Positions 48,671 to 59,414 of a stretch of DNA of 64,000 nt are shown here, in pieces. The number at the start of each line of letters is the position of its first letter. The stretch's first letter is position 1. Location: the NCBI GenBank assembly GCA_041913885.1, contig JAYSEL010000003.1:146602-210601 (forward strand), given 5' to 3'. Made by a program: the position numbers and the translations under genes. The stretch comes from Thermomonas sp. GTDB lineage: Bacteria > Pseudomonadota > Gammaproteobacteria > Xanthomonadales > Xanthomonadaceae. Below the pieces are notes generated by a model. That model made no database searches. It saw only the letters and a list, made by a program, of their open reading frames with translations, and was not told where the DNA came from.

Positions 48671-50527
48671 ATGGCAACGGCGAGTGCGCGGCGTGCGCTG
48701 ATCGAGCGTTTGGAGAACGAAGCGGCCGTGGCCCCGGGGCGCTACCGGGCCAAGGTGGCGCTGCTGGCGCTGGCGGGCTTTGCGGTGCTGGGCGGTGCGG
48801 TGGTGCTGGCGTTCGGCCTGTCCGTCGGCCTGGTGCTGCTGCTGGTGGCGCTCAGTCCCTGGCTGCTGCTGAAGCTTGCCAAGTTGATCTGGATTCCCAT
48901 CGGGTTCGGCTGGGTGCTGTTGCGCAGCCTGTGGGTGAAGTTCTCACCGCCCGACGGGCATCGCCTGGCGGCGCACGAGGCCCCGGCGCTGTGGGCCGAG
49001 GTGGAGCATCTCCGCATGGCTACCGGTGCCCCCAAGCTGGCGGGCATCGTGATCGACGCCGACCTGAATGCCGCGGCGGTCAGCGTGCCGCGCGCGATGG
49101 GGCTCCTGGGGCATCGCCACTACCTGCTGCTCGGACTCCCGCTGATGCAGCTGCTGGATCGGTCGCAGTTCGCCTCGGTGGTGGCGCACGAGTTCGGTCA
49201 TTTCGGCGGCGGGCATGGCCGCTTCGCGGGCTGGATCTACCATGTCCGTGCCAGTTGGTACCGGCTGCTGGGCGCGCTCCAGGCGCAGGAAGCCTGGGCC
49301 AGCAAGCTCTTCGTCCGCTTCTTCAACTGGTATGCCCCGTATTTCGATGCCTACAGCTTCGTGCTGGCGCGGGCGCAGGAGTACGAGGCGGATGCGGCAG
49401 CGGCCCGCGTGGCGGGTCCGCAGGCCGCCGGCCAGGCGCTGGTCCGGGTGAACGTGGGGGCCGCGCGGCTGGAGCAGGAGTTCTGGCCCGGCCTGCAGCG
49501 CGCATCGCAGACGCAGCCGGCGCCGCCGGCCCTGCTGTATCGCGAGATGGGGGAGCACCTGCGCGTGCCTGCCTCCAGCGATGGCGACCGGTTGGCACAG
49601 GCGCTGGCCCGCGTCCCCGATTTCGACGATACGCATCCCACCTTGGCCCAGCGCCTGGCGGCACTGGGCATCGATCAGGTCGAGGTGCCGGAGGCGCAGG
49701 CCGGCTGCGCGGACGAGTTGCTGGGTCCGCTGCTGCCGGAGCTCGAGCGCCGCTTCAGCGACGACTGGCGGGTGCGCGTCGAGGAGGGCTGGCAGCGGGG
49801 GTTCCGGCAGCATGCGCAGGATCGGACGCGGCTGGAAGCGCTCGAGGCGCTGCCGTCGCGCACGCCGGACGAGGCGGTCGAACATGCCGGACTGGTGGAG
49901 TCGCTCCGTCCGGAGACGGACGCCTTGCCGGTCTACCAGCAGGCGCTGGTGCTGGCGCCGGAGCACGCCTTTGCGCACTTCCGGGTGGGATGCCTGCTTC
50001 TGGATCGCGGCGATGCGGCCGGCATCGGGCATCTGGAGAAGGCGATGGCGCTGGACGATGGCAGCGCCGAGGCGGTCCTCCAGCGCCTCGACAGCCACTA
50101 CCGCGACACGGGGGACCTGGCGGGCCGGGATCGCGTCGCGGATGAATGGGCGCGGATGCAAGCACGCTGGGGCAAGGTCCACCAGGCCAGGAACACGCTC
50201 GCAGACGATGATGTGTTCCTTCCGCACGGACTGGACGCGCCTGCCACGGAAGCGCTGCGCGCGGCGTTGGCGCGCGTGGGGGGCGTCGGCCGGGCCTGGC
50301 TGGTTCGCAAGCGCCTGCCGCCCGGGGGCGAAGCCGTTCCCCACCACGTCATGCTGGTGACGCTGCGCGGCTTCGTCTGGAACGAATCCGCGAAGTTGCA
50401 GCAGGTCGTGGACGCGCTGGTGCTGCCGGGCAGTGTCCTGGTGTTCGTCGCCACCAACCGCCGCGGCATCGCCCGCCGGGTCCGCAAGGTGGCCGGCGCC
50501 CCGCTGTACCGCAGGGGTTGGTGGTAG
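48671..50527 (+). CDS. M48-family membrane metallopeptidase with C-terminal TPR
   Basis: TMs, LNAAA, AHEFGH, QEYEAD, DTHP. Confidence 0.88.
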   Translation: MATASARRALIERLENEAAVAPGRYRAKVALLALAGFAVLGGAVVLAFGLSVGLVLLLVALSPWLLLKLAKLIWIPIGFGWVLLRSLWVKFSPPDGHRLAAHEAPALWAEVEHLRMATGAPKLAGIVIDADLNAAAVSVPRAMGLLGHRHYLLLGLPLMQLLDRSQFASVVAHEFGHFGGGHGRFAGWIYHVRASWYRLLGALQAQEAWASKLFVRFFNWYAPYFDAYSFVLARAQEYEADAAAARVAGPQAAGQALVRVNVGAARLEQEFWPGLQRASQTQPAPPALLYREMGEHLRVPASSDGDRLAQALARVPDFDDTHPTLAQRLAALGIDQVEVPEAQAGCADELLGPLLPELERRFSDDWRVRVEEGWQRGFRQHAQDRTRLEALEALPSRTPDEAVEHAGLVESLRPETDALPVYQQALVLAPEHAFAHFRVGCLLLDRGDAAGIGHLEKAMALDDGSAEAVLQRLDSHYRDTGDLAGRDRVADEWARMQARWGKVHQARNTLADDDVFLPHGLDAPATEALRAALARVGGVGRAWLVRKRLPPGGEAVPHHVMLVTLRGFVWNESAKLQQVVDALVLPGSVLVFVATNRRGIARRVRKVAGAPLYRRGWW

Positions 50528-50567
50528 CCCGTAGAATGCGCGTCCCCCTGCCGCAGACGTTGCCGCC

Positions 50568-52454
50568 ATGACCCGCTGGTCCCCCGACCTCGCCCGCAAG
50601 ACCTATTCGATCCCGCACTGGGCGGACGGTTATTTCGACGTCGATGACCGCGGCCGCATCATCGCCCGGCCCCACGGCGCCGACGGTCCGGCCGTGGCGC
50701 TGCCCGAGGTGGTGGACGCGTCGCTGGCGCAGGGCGGCAACCTGCCGGTGCTGGTGCGCTTCCCGGACATCCTGGGGCATCGCTTGGGCAAGTTGCAGGC
50801 GGCGTTCGCGCAGGCCCAGCAGGACTGGGACTACGCCGGCGGCTACACCGCGATCTACCCGATCAAGGTCAACCAGCACGCCGGCGTGGCCGGCACGCTG
50901 GCCTCGCACCACGGCGAAGGCTTCGGGCTGGAGGCCGGCAGCAAGCCGGAGCTGATGGCCGTGCTGGCGCTGTCGCGCCCCGGCGGCACCATCGTCTGCA
51001 ACGGCTACAAGGACCGCGAATACATCCGGCTGGCGCTGATCGGGCGCAAGCTGGGGCTGGAGACCTTCATCGTCATCGAGAAGCCCTCCGAGCTGAAGGT
51101 GGCGCTGGAGGAGGCGGCCGCGCTGGGCGTGAAGCCGGGCCTGGGCGTGCGCATGCGGCTGGCGTCGCTGGGTGCCGGCAAGTGGCAGAACAGCGGCGGC
51201 GACAAGGCCAAGTTCGGGCTGGACCCGCGCCAGCTGCTGACCCTGTGGAAGGAGCTGCGCGATGCCGGCATGGGCGACTGCCTGCAGCTGCTGCATTTCC
51301 ACATGGGCAGCCAGATCAGCAACGTGCGCGACATCGCGGCCGGCATGCGCGAGGCCACCCGCTATTTCGTCGAGCTGTCGCGCCTGGGCGCCCGGATCCA
51401 GCACGTCGACGTCGGCGGCGGCCTGGGCATCGACTACGAAGGCACCCGCTCGCGTTCGTTCAACTCGGTCAACTACGGCATCCACCACTACGCCTCCAGC
51501 ATCGTGCAGCCGCTGGCCGAGGCCTGCCGCGCCGAGGGGCTGGTGCCGCCGCGCATCCTCACCGAATGCGGGCGCGCGATGACCGCGCACCACGCGGTGC
51601 TGGTGACCAACGTCAGCGAGGTGGAGCGCGCGCCGGAAGGCCGCGTGCCGGAGTCGCACGACGACGAGTCCACCCCCGTGCGCCAGCTGCGCGAGCTGCA
51701 CGAGGAGATGGCGCAGCGCCCGGCCGTGGAAGTCTTCCACGAGGCCAGCCAGGCCCACGCCGACGGGCTCAGCCTGTACGCGCTGGGGCAGCTGGACCTG
51801 GTCCAGCGCGCGCGCATCGACGACCTGTTCTACGCCATCGCCCACGCGGTGAAGGCGCGCCTGACCTACGACGAGAAGAGCCACCGCGACCTGCTGGACG
51901 AGCTGAACGAGCGGCTGGTGGACAAGTACTTCGTCAACTTCAGCGTGTTCGAATCGATGCCCGACGTGTGGGCGATCGACCAGGTGTTCCCGATCACCCC
52001 GATCGAGCGCCTGGACGAGGTGCCCACCCGCCGCGGGATCATCGCGGACCTGACCTGCGACTCGGACGGCAAGATCGACACCTACGTGGAGAACGAGGAT
52101 CTCGACTCCTCGCTGCCGCTGCACGAGTTGCGCAAGGGCGAGAACTACCGGCTGGGCTTCTTCCTGGTCGGTGCCTACCAGGAGATCCTGGGCGACATCC
52201 ACAACCTGTTCGGCGACACCGATGCCATCGAAGTGCGCTGCGAGGGCGAGGGCTTCGCGATCGGCCAGCAGCGCCGTGGCGACACCACCGACGTGATGCT
52301 GGATTACGTCGGTTACAAGCTGGCCGATCTGCGCCGCGAATACGCCGCGAAGGTGGATGCGGCGAACCTGCCGGCCGCCGAGGGCGACGCGCTGAAGGCC
52401 GCGCTGGAAGCCGGGCTGACCGCCTACACCTACCTCGACGACACGCCGCAGTGA
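50568..52454 (+). CDS. speA: Biosynthetic arginine decarboxylase
   Basis: YPIKVNQ, EAGSKPEL, HMGSQI, DVGGGLG, DLTCDSDG. Confidence 0.97.
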   Translation: MTRWSPDLARKTYSIPHWADGYFDVDDRGRIIARPHGADGPAVALPEVVDASLAQGGNLPVLVRFPDILGHRLGKLQAAFAQAQQDWDYAGGYTAIYPIKVNQHAGVAGTLASHHGEGFGLEAGSKPELMAVLALSRPGGTIVCNGYKDREYIRLALIGRKLGLETFIVIEKPSELKVALEEAAALGVKPGLGVRMRLASLGAGKWQNSGGDKAKFGLDPRQLLTLWKELRDAGMGDCLQLLHFHMGSQISNVRDIAAGMREATRYFVELSRLGARIQHVDVGGGLGIDYEGTRSRSFNSVNYGIHHYASSIVQPLAEACRAEGLVPPRILTECGRAMTAHHAVLVTNVSEVERAPEGRVPESHDDESTPVRQLRELHEEMAQRPAVEVFHEASQAHADGLSLYALGQLDLVQRARIDDLFYAIAHAVKARLTYDEKSHRDLLDELNERLVDKYFVNFSVFESMPDVWAIDQVFPITPIERLDEVPTRRGIIADLTCDSDGKIDTYVENEDLDSSLPLHELRKGENYRLGFFLVGAYQEILGDIHNLFGDTDAIEVRCEGEGFAIGQQRRGDTTDVMLDYVGYKLADLRREYAAKVDAANLPAAEGDALKAALEAGLTAYTYLDDTPQ

Positions 52455-53566
52455 CCGGCGCCGCTGCGCCGGCGCGCCTGCCGGGGCTGGACCTGCTGCG
52501 CGCCGTCGCGGTGCTGTGGACGATGCAGTTCCACAGCTTCCTCGTCGGTGGGCTGGGCGCGGACTGGCACTGGCTGGAACGCTACGGCTGGATGGGCGTG
52601 GACCTGTTCTTCGTGCTCAGCGGTTACCTGATCGGCGGCCAGCTGCTGCGGCCGCTGGCGAACGGGGCGACGCCGTCGCTGCGCGACTTCTATCTGAAGC
52701 GCGCGTTCCGCATCCTGCCGGCGTTCTGGGCGGTGCTGGCGGTCTACCTGCTGTGGCCGGGTTTCCGCGAGGCGCCGGGGATGGAGCCCTGGTGGAAGTT
52801 CGCGCTGTTCGTGGTGAATCTCGACATCGACTACGCCGCCAACGCCGCGTTCTCGCACGCGTGGTCGCTGTGCGTGGAAGAGCACTTCTACTTGCTGTTC
52901 CCGGCGCTGGCCCTGTTGCTGGCACGCAGGCCGTCGGCGATGACATTCTGGATGGTGTGCATGGCCGTGCTGCTGGGCGGCATCGCGCTGCGCAGCGGCA
53001 TCTGGCTGCACGATGACGCGACCCAGCCGCAGCGGCCGTGGTTCGTCGAGGATATCTATTACCCGACCTGGAACCGGCTCGATGGCCTTCTGCTGGGCGT
53101 GATGCTGGCGGCGTGGCAGGCCTACCGGCCGGCGTCATGGGCACGTGCGGCGACGCACGCGAACCGCTTCGCGCTGGCCGGCGTGCTGGTGATGGCGCTG
53201 GCGTTCTGGCTGTTCCGCGACCGCGTCGGCCTGCTCGGCAACAGCATCGGCTGGCCGGTACTGTCGCTGGGGCTGGCGCTGCTGGTGTTCGCCGGTGCGC
53301 AGCCGCATGGCGTGTTGGGTGCGCGCGCCGTGCCGGGCGCGGCGTGGGTCGCCGCGATTTCGTACAGCCTCTACCTCGTCCACAAGCCGGTGTACGACCT
53401 GGTGCAATCCCACTGGGGCGAGCTGCTGGCCGGGCGCGGCATCAGTGCGTGGCTGGTTTACGGCCTTGCGTCCGCCGCCGCCGCCGCCCTCCTGCATTAC
53501 GGGGTGGAACGGCCGGGGCTGCGCCTGCGAACGCGGGTATTGGCGCGCGGCGCGCCCAGTGCCTAG
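52451..53566 (+). CDS. Acyltransferase family 3 (OafA/YrhL-like)
   Basis: GLDLLRA, GVDLFFVLSGYLI, RAFRILP, WSLCVEEHFY, SYSLYLVH; GTGA overlap with speA. Confidence 0.9.
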   Translation: MTGAAAPARLPGLDLLRAVAVLWTMQFHSFLVGGLGADWHWLERYGWMGVDLFFVLSGYLIGGQLLRPLANGATPSLRDFYLKRAFRILPAFWAVLAVYLLWPGFREAPGMEPWWKFALFVVNLDIDYAANAAFSHAWSLCVEEHFYLLFPALALLLARRPSAMTFWMVCMAVLLGGIALRSGIWLHDDATQPQRPWFVEDIYYPTWNRLDGLLLGVMLAAWQAYRPASWARAATHANRFALAGVLVMALAFWLFRDRVGLLGNSIGWPVLSLGLALLVFAGAQPHGVLGARAVPGAAWVAAISYSLYLVHKPVYDLVQSHWGELLAGRGISAWLVYGLASAAAAALLHYGVERPGLRLRTRVLARGAPSA

Positions 53567-54075
53567 GGCGCCGATCGTGAGGCGTCGCTCGCCGCGGTGG
53601 CTGCGGTCCCCGGGGCCTTCTGCGCCTGCGTCCGCCAGGGCGCCACCACCAGCACCACGCCGGCCAGTACCAGCAGGGCACCGGCGATCCGCACCGCGTC
53701 GACCGGCTTGGGCGCCTGCAGCACGCCGTACTGGTCCAGCAGCAGGGACGCGGTGACCTGGCCCAGCACCGCCAGGCAGATCATTCCGGCCGCGCCGATG
53801 CGCGGCACCAGCAGGGTGAAGCAGGCGACGTAGAGCGCGCCGAAGGCGCCGCCGATCCAGATCCACGCCGGCAACCTGAAGCTGCCCTGGAGCGTGATCG
53901 GGGTGCGCGTGGCCAGCAGGTACAGCCCCAGCACCGCGGAACCGACCAGGAATGATACGAAGGCCGCCGCCACCGGTCCGCCGATGTGGGTGCCCAGCCG
54001 TGCATTGACCAGCCCTTGCAGCGGCAGCACCGCGCCGATCAGCACCGCCACCAGCAGCGCGCCGAGGAGGTTCAT
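53563..54075 (-). CDS. DMT-family (YdcZ-like) inner membrane protein
   Basis: Q..VNARL, W.WIGG..GA, GQ..SLLLDQYG. Confidence 0.88.
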   Translation of the reverse strand: MNLLGALLVAVLIGAVLPLQGLVNARLGTHIGGPVAAAFVSFLVGSAVLGLYLLATRTPITLQGSFRLPAWIWIGGAFGALYVACFTLLVPRIGAAGMICLAVLGQVTASLLLDQYGVLQAPKPVDAVRIAGALLVLAGVVLVVAPWRTQAQKAPGTAATAASDASRSAP

Positions 54076-54839
54076 GCCTGCGGGTCGCGGTGGACCTGGA
54101 ACCCGGCGAACGACTGCGACGTCGGCATCAGCTCCAGCCGGTTGATGTTGAGGTGCGGCGGCAGGGTGGCGACCCAGAAGATCGCCTCGGCGATGTCCTC
54201 GGCGGTCATCGGGTGGGCGCCGGCGTAGAGCTTGTCCGACGCGCCCTGGTCGCCGTGGGTGCGCACCACCGTGAACTCGGTTTCGGCCATCCCCGGCTCG
54301 ATGCTGGTCACGCGCACGCCGGTGCCGTGCAGGTCGCTGCGCAGGCCCAGCGAGAACTGGCTGACGAAGGCCTTGGTGCCGCCATAGGTGTTGCCGCCCG
54401 GGTACGGGTACACGCCCGCCACCGAGCTGATGTTGACGATCGCGCCCTTGCGCGCCACCAGCGTGGGCAGCAAGGCGTGGGTCAGCGTCACCAGCGCGGT
54501 GACGTTGGTGTCGATCATGGTCTTCCAGTCCGACAGCAACGCGTCCTGCGCGGGCTTGGTGCCCTGCGCCAGGCCCGCATTGTTCACCAGCAGGTCGATG
54601 CCGCGGAAGCGCTCCGGCAGGGCGTCCAGCGCGGCGCGCATCGCGGTCTCGTCACGGACGTCGAAGCAGGCCGGATGCAAGGCGTCGCCCAACTCGGCAC
54701 GCAGGGCGTCAAGGCGGTCGGCGCGGCGGCCGGTGGCGATGACCTGCCAGCCGGCAGCGATGAAGCGCCGCGCGGCGGCGCGGCCGAAGCCGGCGGTGGC
54801 GCCGGTGATGAGGGCGGTGCGGGGGGCGTGGGTGTCCAT
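54072..54839 (-). CDS. YdfG-like NADP-dependent SDR
   Basis: TGATAGFG, NNAGLA, YGGTK, IEPGMAETEF, LPPHLNIN. Confidence 0.9.
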   Translation of the reverse strand: MDTHAPRTALITGATAGFGRAAARRFIAAGWQVIATGRRADRLDALRAELGDALHPACFDVRDETAMRAALDALPERFRGIDLLVNNAGLAQGTKPAQDALLSDWKTMIDTNVTALVTLTHALLPTLVARKGAIVNISSVAGVYPYPGGNTYGGTKAFVSQFSLGLRSDLHGTGVRVTSIEPGMAETEFTVVRTHGDQGASDKLYAGAHPMTAEDIAEAIFWVATLPPHLNINRLELMPTSQSFAGFQVHRDPQA

Positions 54840-54874
54840 GCGACGTAGTTTAGCGACGGCGCGCGCGGCCCGGC

Positions 54875-55243
54875 TCAGCCTTCCGGCTTCGCCGGTGGCT
54901 TGCGCCGCGACGCGGGCTTCCGGGGCGCCGGGGCGACAGGCGCTGCCGGCGGCTTGCGCGCGCGCCCGGTGCCCGCCTTGCCGGCGGTCCTGGCCTTGGT
55001 GGCGCGATGCTTCTGCAGCATGTCCTCGGCCAGCAGCACGTCCTCGCTGAGCAGCCCGGCGGCCTTGGCGATGGCGATCCGCGCCTGCGCCTTGTTCTCG
55101 TCCGGATTGGCCAGCAGCAGCTCGCGGATCGCCTCGCGCAGCGCGGCTTCGGCATTGCGCTTCAGGGTGGCCTTCTCGCCGCGCTGCAGCAACGCCATCA
55201 GCGCATCCACGACGGGTTTGATCAGGGCGGCTTCGATCGGCAT
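54875..55243 (-). CDS. Hypothetical helical protein with basic K/A/P-rich tail
   Basis: Codon usage typical of real genes here; co-oriented with neighbours; alternative start 55252. Confidence 0.65.
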   Translation of the reverse strand: MPIEAALIKPVVDALMALLQRGEKATLKRNAEAALREAIRELLLANPDENKAQARIAIAKAAGLLSEDVLLAEDMLQKHRATKARTAGKAGTGRARKPPAAPVAPAPRKPASRRKPPAKPEG

Positions 55244-55286
55244 TCGGGGCATCCTCGCTGTCCGACGAGGATGCCACGGGGGCATC

Positions 55287-56108
55287 TCAGGGGGTGCGAT
55301 GCTGCGCGAACAGCCAGTCGCGCCACCAGGTGCCGGGCACCAGTTCGGCCGGCGGGCGGTGGCCCAGGCCGGCGTATTCCCGCAGCCGGACGCGGCGCCC
55401 GCCCGCGGCGTGGATGGCGGCGGCCATGGCACGGTCGGCATCGATGGGATTCTCGTCGTCCGCCTTGCCGTGCAGGATCAACAGCGGCACGTCGGCCAGG
55501 TCGGCCGCCCGGGCCCGGTCGGGCGCGATGCCGCTGACCGGCATCGCCGCGGCGAACAGCCCCGGTCGGGCCAGCAGCGCCAGCCAGGTGGTCGAGCCGC
55601 CCATCGAAAAGCCGGTCGCGTAGATGCGGTCGCGGTCCACCGGGTGCTGCGCGGCAATGGTATCGACCAGTGCCAGCGCCGCATCCAGTACTGGCGCGGC
55701 ATGGGACACGCGGGGGGTCTTGGGGGCGTCGTACAGGGCGCTGCGCTCGGGGAATTGCGGCACCAGCACAAAAGCCGGATAGCGGTTGCGGATCGCCGGC
55801 AGCGCCCATGCCCGCGCCGCGTTTTCCAGCTGGCCCAGGTTGTCGGTGCCGATGCCGCCGGAGCCATGGAACTGCACCACCAGCGGATACCGCCGGCCGG
55901 GTTCCAGCGTGGCCGGAGCGAGCAGCCGATACGGCAGGACCACGCCCTCGGGGGAGGTGAACGTGCCGGCGGTGAAGGCATTGACGGAAGCGCCGGCCAC
56001 TGCGCTGCGATCAAGCGGCGCCATGCCCTGGATGCGATCGACCGGCACCGTCGCGCAGCCGGCCAAGGCGATGCAGAGCGCCAGCGCCAGCGTTCGGCGC
56101 GACGCCAT
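55287..56108 (-). CDS. Lipoprotein alpha/beta hydrolase (predicted peptidase/esterase)
   Basis: Lipobox LAGC, LPYRL..P, YPLVVQFHGSG, GFSMGG, HGKAD, GH. Confidence 0.87.
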   Translation of the reverse strand: MASRRTLALALCIALAGCATVPVDRIQGMAPLDRSAVAGASVNAFTAGTFTSPEGVVLPYRLLAPATLEPGRRYPLVVQFHGSGGIGTDNLGQLENAARAWALPAIRNRYPAFVLVPQFPERSALYDAPKTPRVSHAAPVLDAALALVDTIAAQHPVDRDRIYATGFSMGGSTTWLALLARPGLFAAAMPVSGIAPDRARAADLADVPLLILHGKADDENPIDADRAMAAAIHAAGGRRVRLREYAGLGHRPPAELVPGTWWRDWLFAQHRTP

Positions 56109-56851
56109 CAGTTGGTCTTGACCGCCATCGCGGGCAGGCCGCCGCTGGCCAGCTTGGCCTTGGCCTCGGCCAGTTCGGAGGCGCTGCCGTACGGCCCCAT
56201 GCGGACGCGGTACACGGTCTTGCCGTCGATCTGCGCCGATTCCACGCGGGCGTTCAGGCCCAGCAGGGCGATCTTGGCCTTGGTGGCCTCGGCGTCGCCG
56301 GAGGCCCCGAAAGCACCGGCCTGCAGCAGGTAGCGGGTACTGCCCCCCTCCGCAGCCGGCTTCGGCGCCGTGGACGGAGCAGCCGGTGGGGATGGGGTGG
56401 CGGCTGCCGCCGCGTCACTCCCCAGCGGGGCCGGCAGCGCGGCGGCGTTGCCCGCGCTCGCCGGTGCGGCCGGCGCCGCGGCCGCCTGCGCCTCGGCTTC
56501 GGCCTTGGCACTCGCCGCCAGCTCGGCGTCGCTCATGGCGACCTCCTGGCCCGGCAGCAGGGTGTAGAAGTCGTACTGCGTCGGCTTCGGCTTGTCCGCG
56601 TCGGGCTTGGCGTCGCCGGCCGGCGCGGTGTCCGGGGCGATCGACTCGCCTTCGTCGCTGACCGCGGCGGGCAGGGCGTCGGGATTGGGCTTGGGCCGGA
56701 AGAACCCGTCGCCGCTGTCGGACTTCAGGTAGCGCGGCACCAGCAGCACCGCCAGCAGGGTCAGCAGGATGCCGATGACCAGCCACGCCCAACCGGGCAG
56801 GCCGCCCGACGCGTTGCGCTTGGCCTGGGATTTTCCGCGTCGCGCCGCCAT
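56108..56851 (-). CDS. SPOR-domain cell division protein (FtsN-like)
   Basis: N-terminal TM, YDFYTLLP, LQAGAF, YRVRMGPY; follows argS. Confidence 0.9.
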   Translation of the reverse strand: MAARRGKSQAKRNASGGLPGWAWLVIGILLTLLAVLLVPRYLKSDSGDGFFRPKPNPDALPAAVSDEGESIAPDTAPAGDAKPDADKPKPTQYDFYTLLPGQEVAMSDAELAASAKAEAEAQAAAAPAAPASAGNAAALPAPLGSDAAAAATPSPPAAPSTAPKPAAEGGSTRYLLQAGAFGASGDAEATKAKIALLGLNARVESAQIDGKTVYRVRMGPYGSASELAEAKAKLASGGLPAMAVKTN

Positions 56852-58539
56852 CACATGCTCTCCGGAGCGGAGACGCCCAGCAGGTCCAAGCCATTAGCGA
56901 GCACCTGGCGCGTGGCCAGCGCCAGCGACAGGCGCGCGTTGCGCAGCGCGGCGTCCTCCACCAGCACCGGGCTGGCGTGGTACCAGCCGTGGAAGGCGTT
57001 GGCCAGCTCGCGCAGGTACTGCGCGACCAGGTGCGGCTCCAGCGTGGCGCCGGCCGCCTCCACCACCTCCGGGAAGCGCGACAGCTCGCGCATCAGGTCC
57101 TGCGCCGGAGCGTCGTCCAGCACGTGCAGCGATGCCTGCCCGTGGGCGGCGTCGTACGCGTAGCCCTTCTCGCCGGCCTGGCGCAGCAGGCTGCAGATGC
57201 GGGCGTGCGCGTACTGCACGTAGTAGACCGGGTTGTCGTTGGACTGCGAGCGCGCCAGGTCGATGTCGAAGGTGAGCTGCGAATCCGGCTTGCGCGCGAC
57301 CAGGAACCAGCGGGTGGCGTCGCGGCCGGCCTCGTCGATCAGGTCGCGCAGCGTCAGGTAGGAGCCGGCGCGCTTGGACAGCTTCACCTCTTCGCCGCCG
57401 CGCATCACCGTGACCATCTGGTGCAGCACGTAGTCCGGGTAGCCGGCGGGGATGCCGCAGTCCAGCGCCTGCAGGCCGGCGCGCACGCGCGCCAGCGAGC
57501 CGTGGTGGTCGGCGCCGAGTTCGGTGACCGCGCGCTGGTAGCCGCGCTGCCACTTGGACAGGTGGTAGGCGACGTCCGGCACGAAGTAGGTATAGGTGCC
57601 GTCGGACTTGCGCATCACGCGGTCCTTGTCGTCGCCGAAGTCGGTGGTGCGCAGCCACAGCGCGCCGCCTTCCTCGTAGGTGTGGCCGTGGGCGATGAGT
57701 TCGCGCACGGTTTCCTCCACCTTGCCGTCGGTGTACAGCGAGGACTCCAGGAAGTAGCGGTCGAAGCTCACGCCGAACGCCTGCAGGTCGGCGTTCTGTT
57801 CGCGGCGCAGGTAGGCGACGGCGAACTTGCGGATGGCGTCGAGGTCGTCGGCGTCGTCCTTGCCGGTCACCACGTGGCCATCGACTTCCACGCTGTCGCC
57901 GCGCAGGTAGCTGGCCGCGACGTCGCCGATGTAATCGCCGTTGTAGGCGTCCGCCGGCCAGTCGGCATCGCCCGGCTTCAGGCCCTTGGCGCGGGCCTGG
58001 GTGGAGATCGCCAGGTTGTTGATCTGCACGCCGGCGTCGTTGTAGTAGAACTCGCGCTTCACGTCCCAGCCGTTGGCGGCCATGACCCGGGCGATGCAGT
58101 CGCCGATCACGCCGGCGCGGCCGTGCCCCACGTGCAACGGGCCGGTCGGGTTGGCGGACACGTACTCCACGCCCACCGTCTTGCCGCCGCCGCTGGCGTT
58201 GCGACCGAACGCGGCGCCGGCGGCGTGGATGTCGCGCACCTGCTGTTGCCAGGCGCCCGGCGCCAGGTGGAAGTTGATGAAGCCGGGACCGGCCAGTTCG
58301 ACGCGGGCGACCGCCTCGGAGGCCGGCAGCGCGTCCAGCAGCTGCTGCGCCAGCGCGCGCGGATTGGTGCGCGCGGCCTTGGCCAGCAGCATCGCCGCGT
58401 TGGTGGAGAAGTCGCCGTGCGCGCGCTCCTTCGGGCGCTCGATCACGAACTCGGGCGGCGGGAGGTCGGCGGGCAGGGTGCCTGCCTGGCGCAGGGCGAT
58501 CAGGCCCTGGTCGATCAGGGCGCGGAGCTGGGCTTTCAC
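56851..58539 (-). CDS. argS: Arginine--tRNA ligase
   Basis: [38 protein letters not shown]; GTG start. Confidence 0.97.
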   Translation of the reverse strand: MKAQLRALIDQGLIALRQAGTLPADLPPPEFVIERPKERAHGDFSTNAAMLLAKAARTNPRALAQQLLDALPASEAVARVELAGPGFINFHLAPGAWQQQVRDIHAAGAAFGRNASGGGKTVGVEYVSANPTGPLHVGHGRAGVIGDCIARVMAANGWDVKREFYYNDAGVQINNLAISTQARAKGLKPGDADWPADAYNGDYIGDVAASYLRGDSVEVDGHVVTGKDDADDLDAIRKFAVAYLRREQNADLQAFGVSFDRYFLESSLYTDGKVEETVRELIAHGHTYEEGGALWLRTTDFGDDKDRVMRKSDGTYTYFVPDVAYHLSKWQRGYQRAVTELGADHHGSLARVRAGLQALDCGIPAGYPDYVLHQMVTVMRGGEEVKLSKRAGSYLTLRDLIDEAGRDATRWFLVARKPDSQLTFDIDLARSQSNDNPVYYVQYAHARICSLLRQAGEKGYAYDAAHGQASLHVLDDAPAQDLMRELSRFPEVVEAAGATLEPHLVAQYLRELANAFHGWYHASPVLVEDAALRNARLSLALATRQVLANGLDLLGVSAPESM

Positions 58540-58643
58540 GGGGTGTCTGCGGGTGTTTCGAGAGCCGTCGATTGTACGCGAGGCGTCGCCCCGCCCCGAC
58601 CTCCCGCCGGCGGGGTTCAGGGCGGGAACAGGTTTCGCGCGGG

Positions 58644-59318
58644 TCAGACCCAGCCGCGCGCGGCCATCGAGGTCGGGGCGCCGTCGCCGACGACGAAGTG
58701 GTCCAGCAGGCGCATGTCCACCAGCGCCAGCGCCTGCTTGAGGCGCGCCGTCACCGCGCGGTCGGCCGTGCTGGGATCGGGATTCCCGCTGGGATGGTTG
58801 TGGCCGACGATCACCGCCGCCGCGCCGTGGGCCAGCGCGCGCTGCACCAGCACCCGGGGATGCACCTCGGCACCGTCGATGCCGCCGCGGAACAGCTCCT
58901 CGAAGCCCAGCGCGCGATGGCGGGTATCGAGGTAGAGCGCGGCGAACACCTCGTGGTCGAGGCCGCGCAGGCGCTGGGCGAAGTAGCGGCCGGCGGCATC
59001 GGGATCGGCCAGCGCTTCGCCCCGTGCCAGCTGCGCGGCGAGGTGCCGCTGCCCCAGTTCCAGCGCCGCTGCCAACAGGCAGGCCCGGGCGGGGCCGATG
59101 CCGCGCAGCCGGGTGAGCGCGCGGGCGTCGCGGTCCAGCAGTCGGCGCAGGCCGTCGTGGTCGGCCAGCAGGCCGCGCGCACTGGCCACGGCGTCCCGGC
59201 CGGCGGTGCCGGAGCCGAGGAAGAGGGCCAGCAGCTCGGCGTCCGACAGCGCACCGGCGCCACGCGCCAGCAGCTTCTCGCGGGGACGTTCCGATTCGGG
59301 CCAATCGCGAATGTGCAT
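58644..59318 (-). CDS. radC: RadC/JAB-domain protein
   Basis: [28 protein letters not shown]. Confidence 0.95.
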   Translation of the reverse strand: MHIRDWPESERPREKLLARGAGALSDAELLALFLGSGTAGRDAVASARGLLADHDGLRRLLDRDARALTRLRGIGPARACLLAAALELGQRHLAAQLARGEALADPDAAGRYFAQRLRGLDHEVFAALYLDTRHRALGFEELFRGGIDGAEVHPRVLVQRALAHGAAAVIVGHNHPSGNPDPSTADRAVTARLKQALALVDMRLLDHFVVGDGAPTSMAARGWV

Positions 59319-59414
59319 GGAACAAGACTGCATGGCGCATGGCATCACGGGCAGCGGAACCGTGCCCGGCATCGGGTAAGCTGCCGCTTTGTGGCAAGGT
59401 CAGGCAGGCGGCCG

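Noticed and set aside
58644-59318. radC as a mobile-element or anti-defence marker
   Set aside because: Full-length radC in its usual chromosomal position next to coaBC-dut
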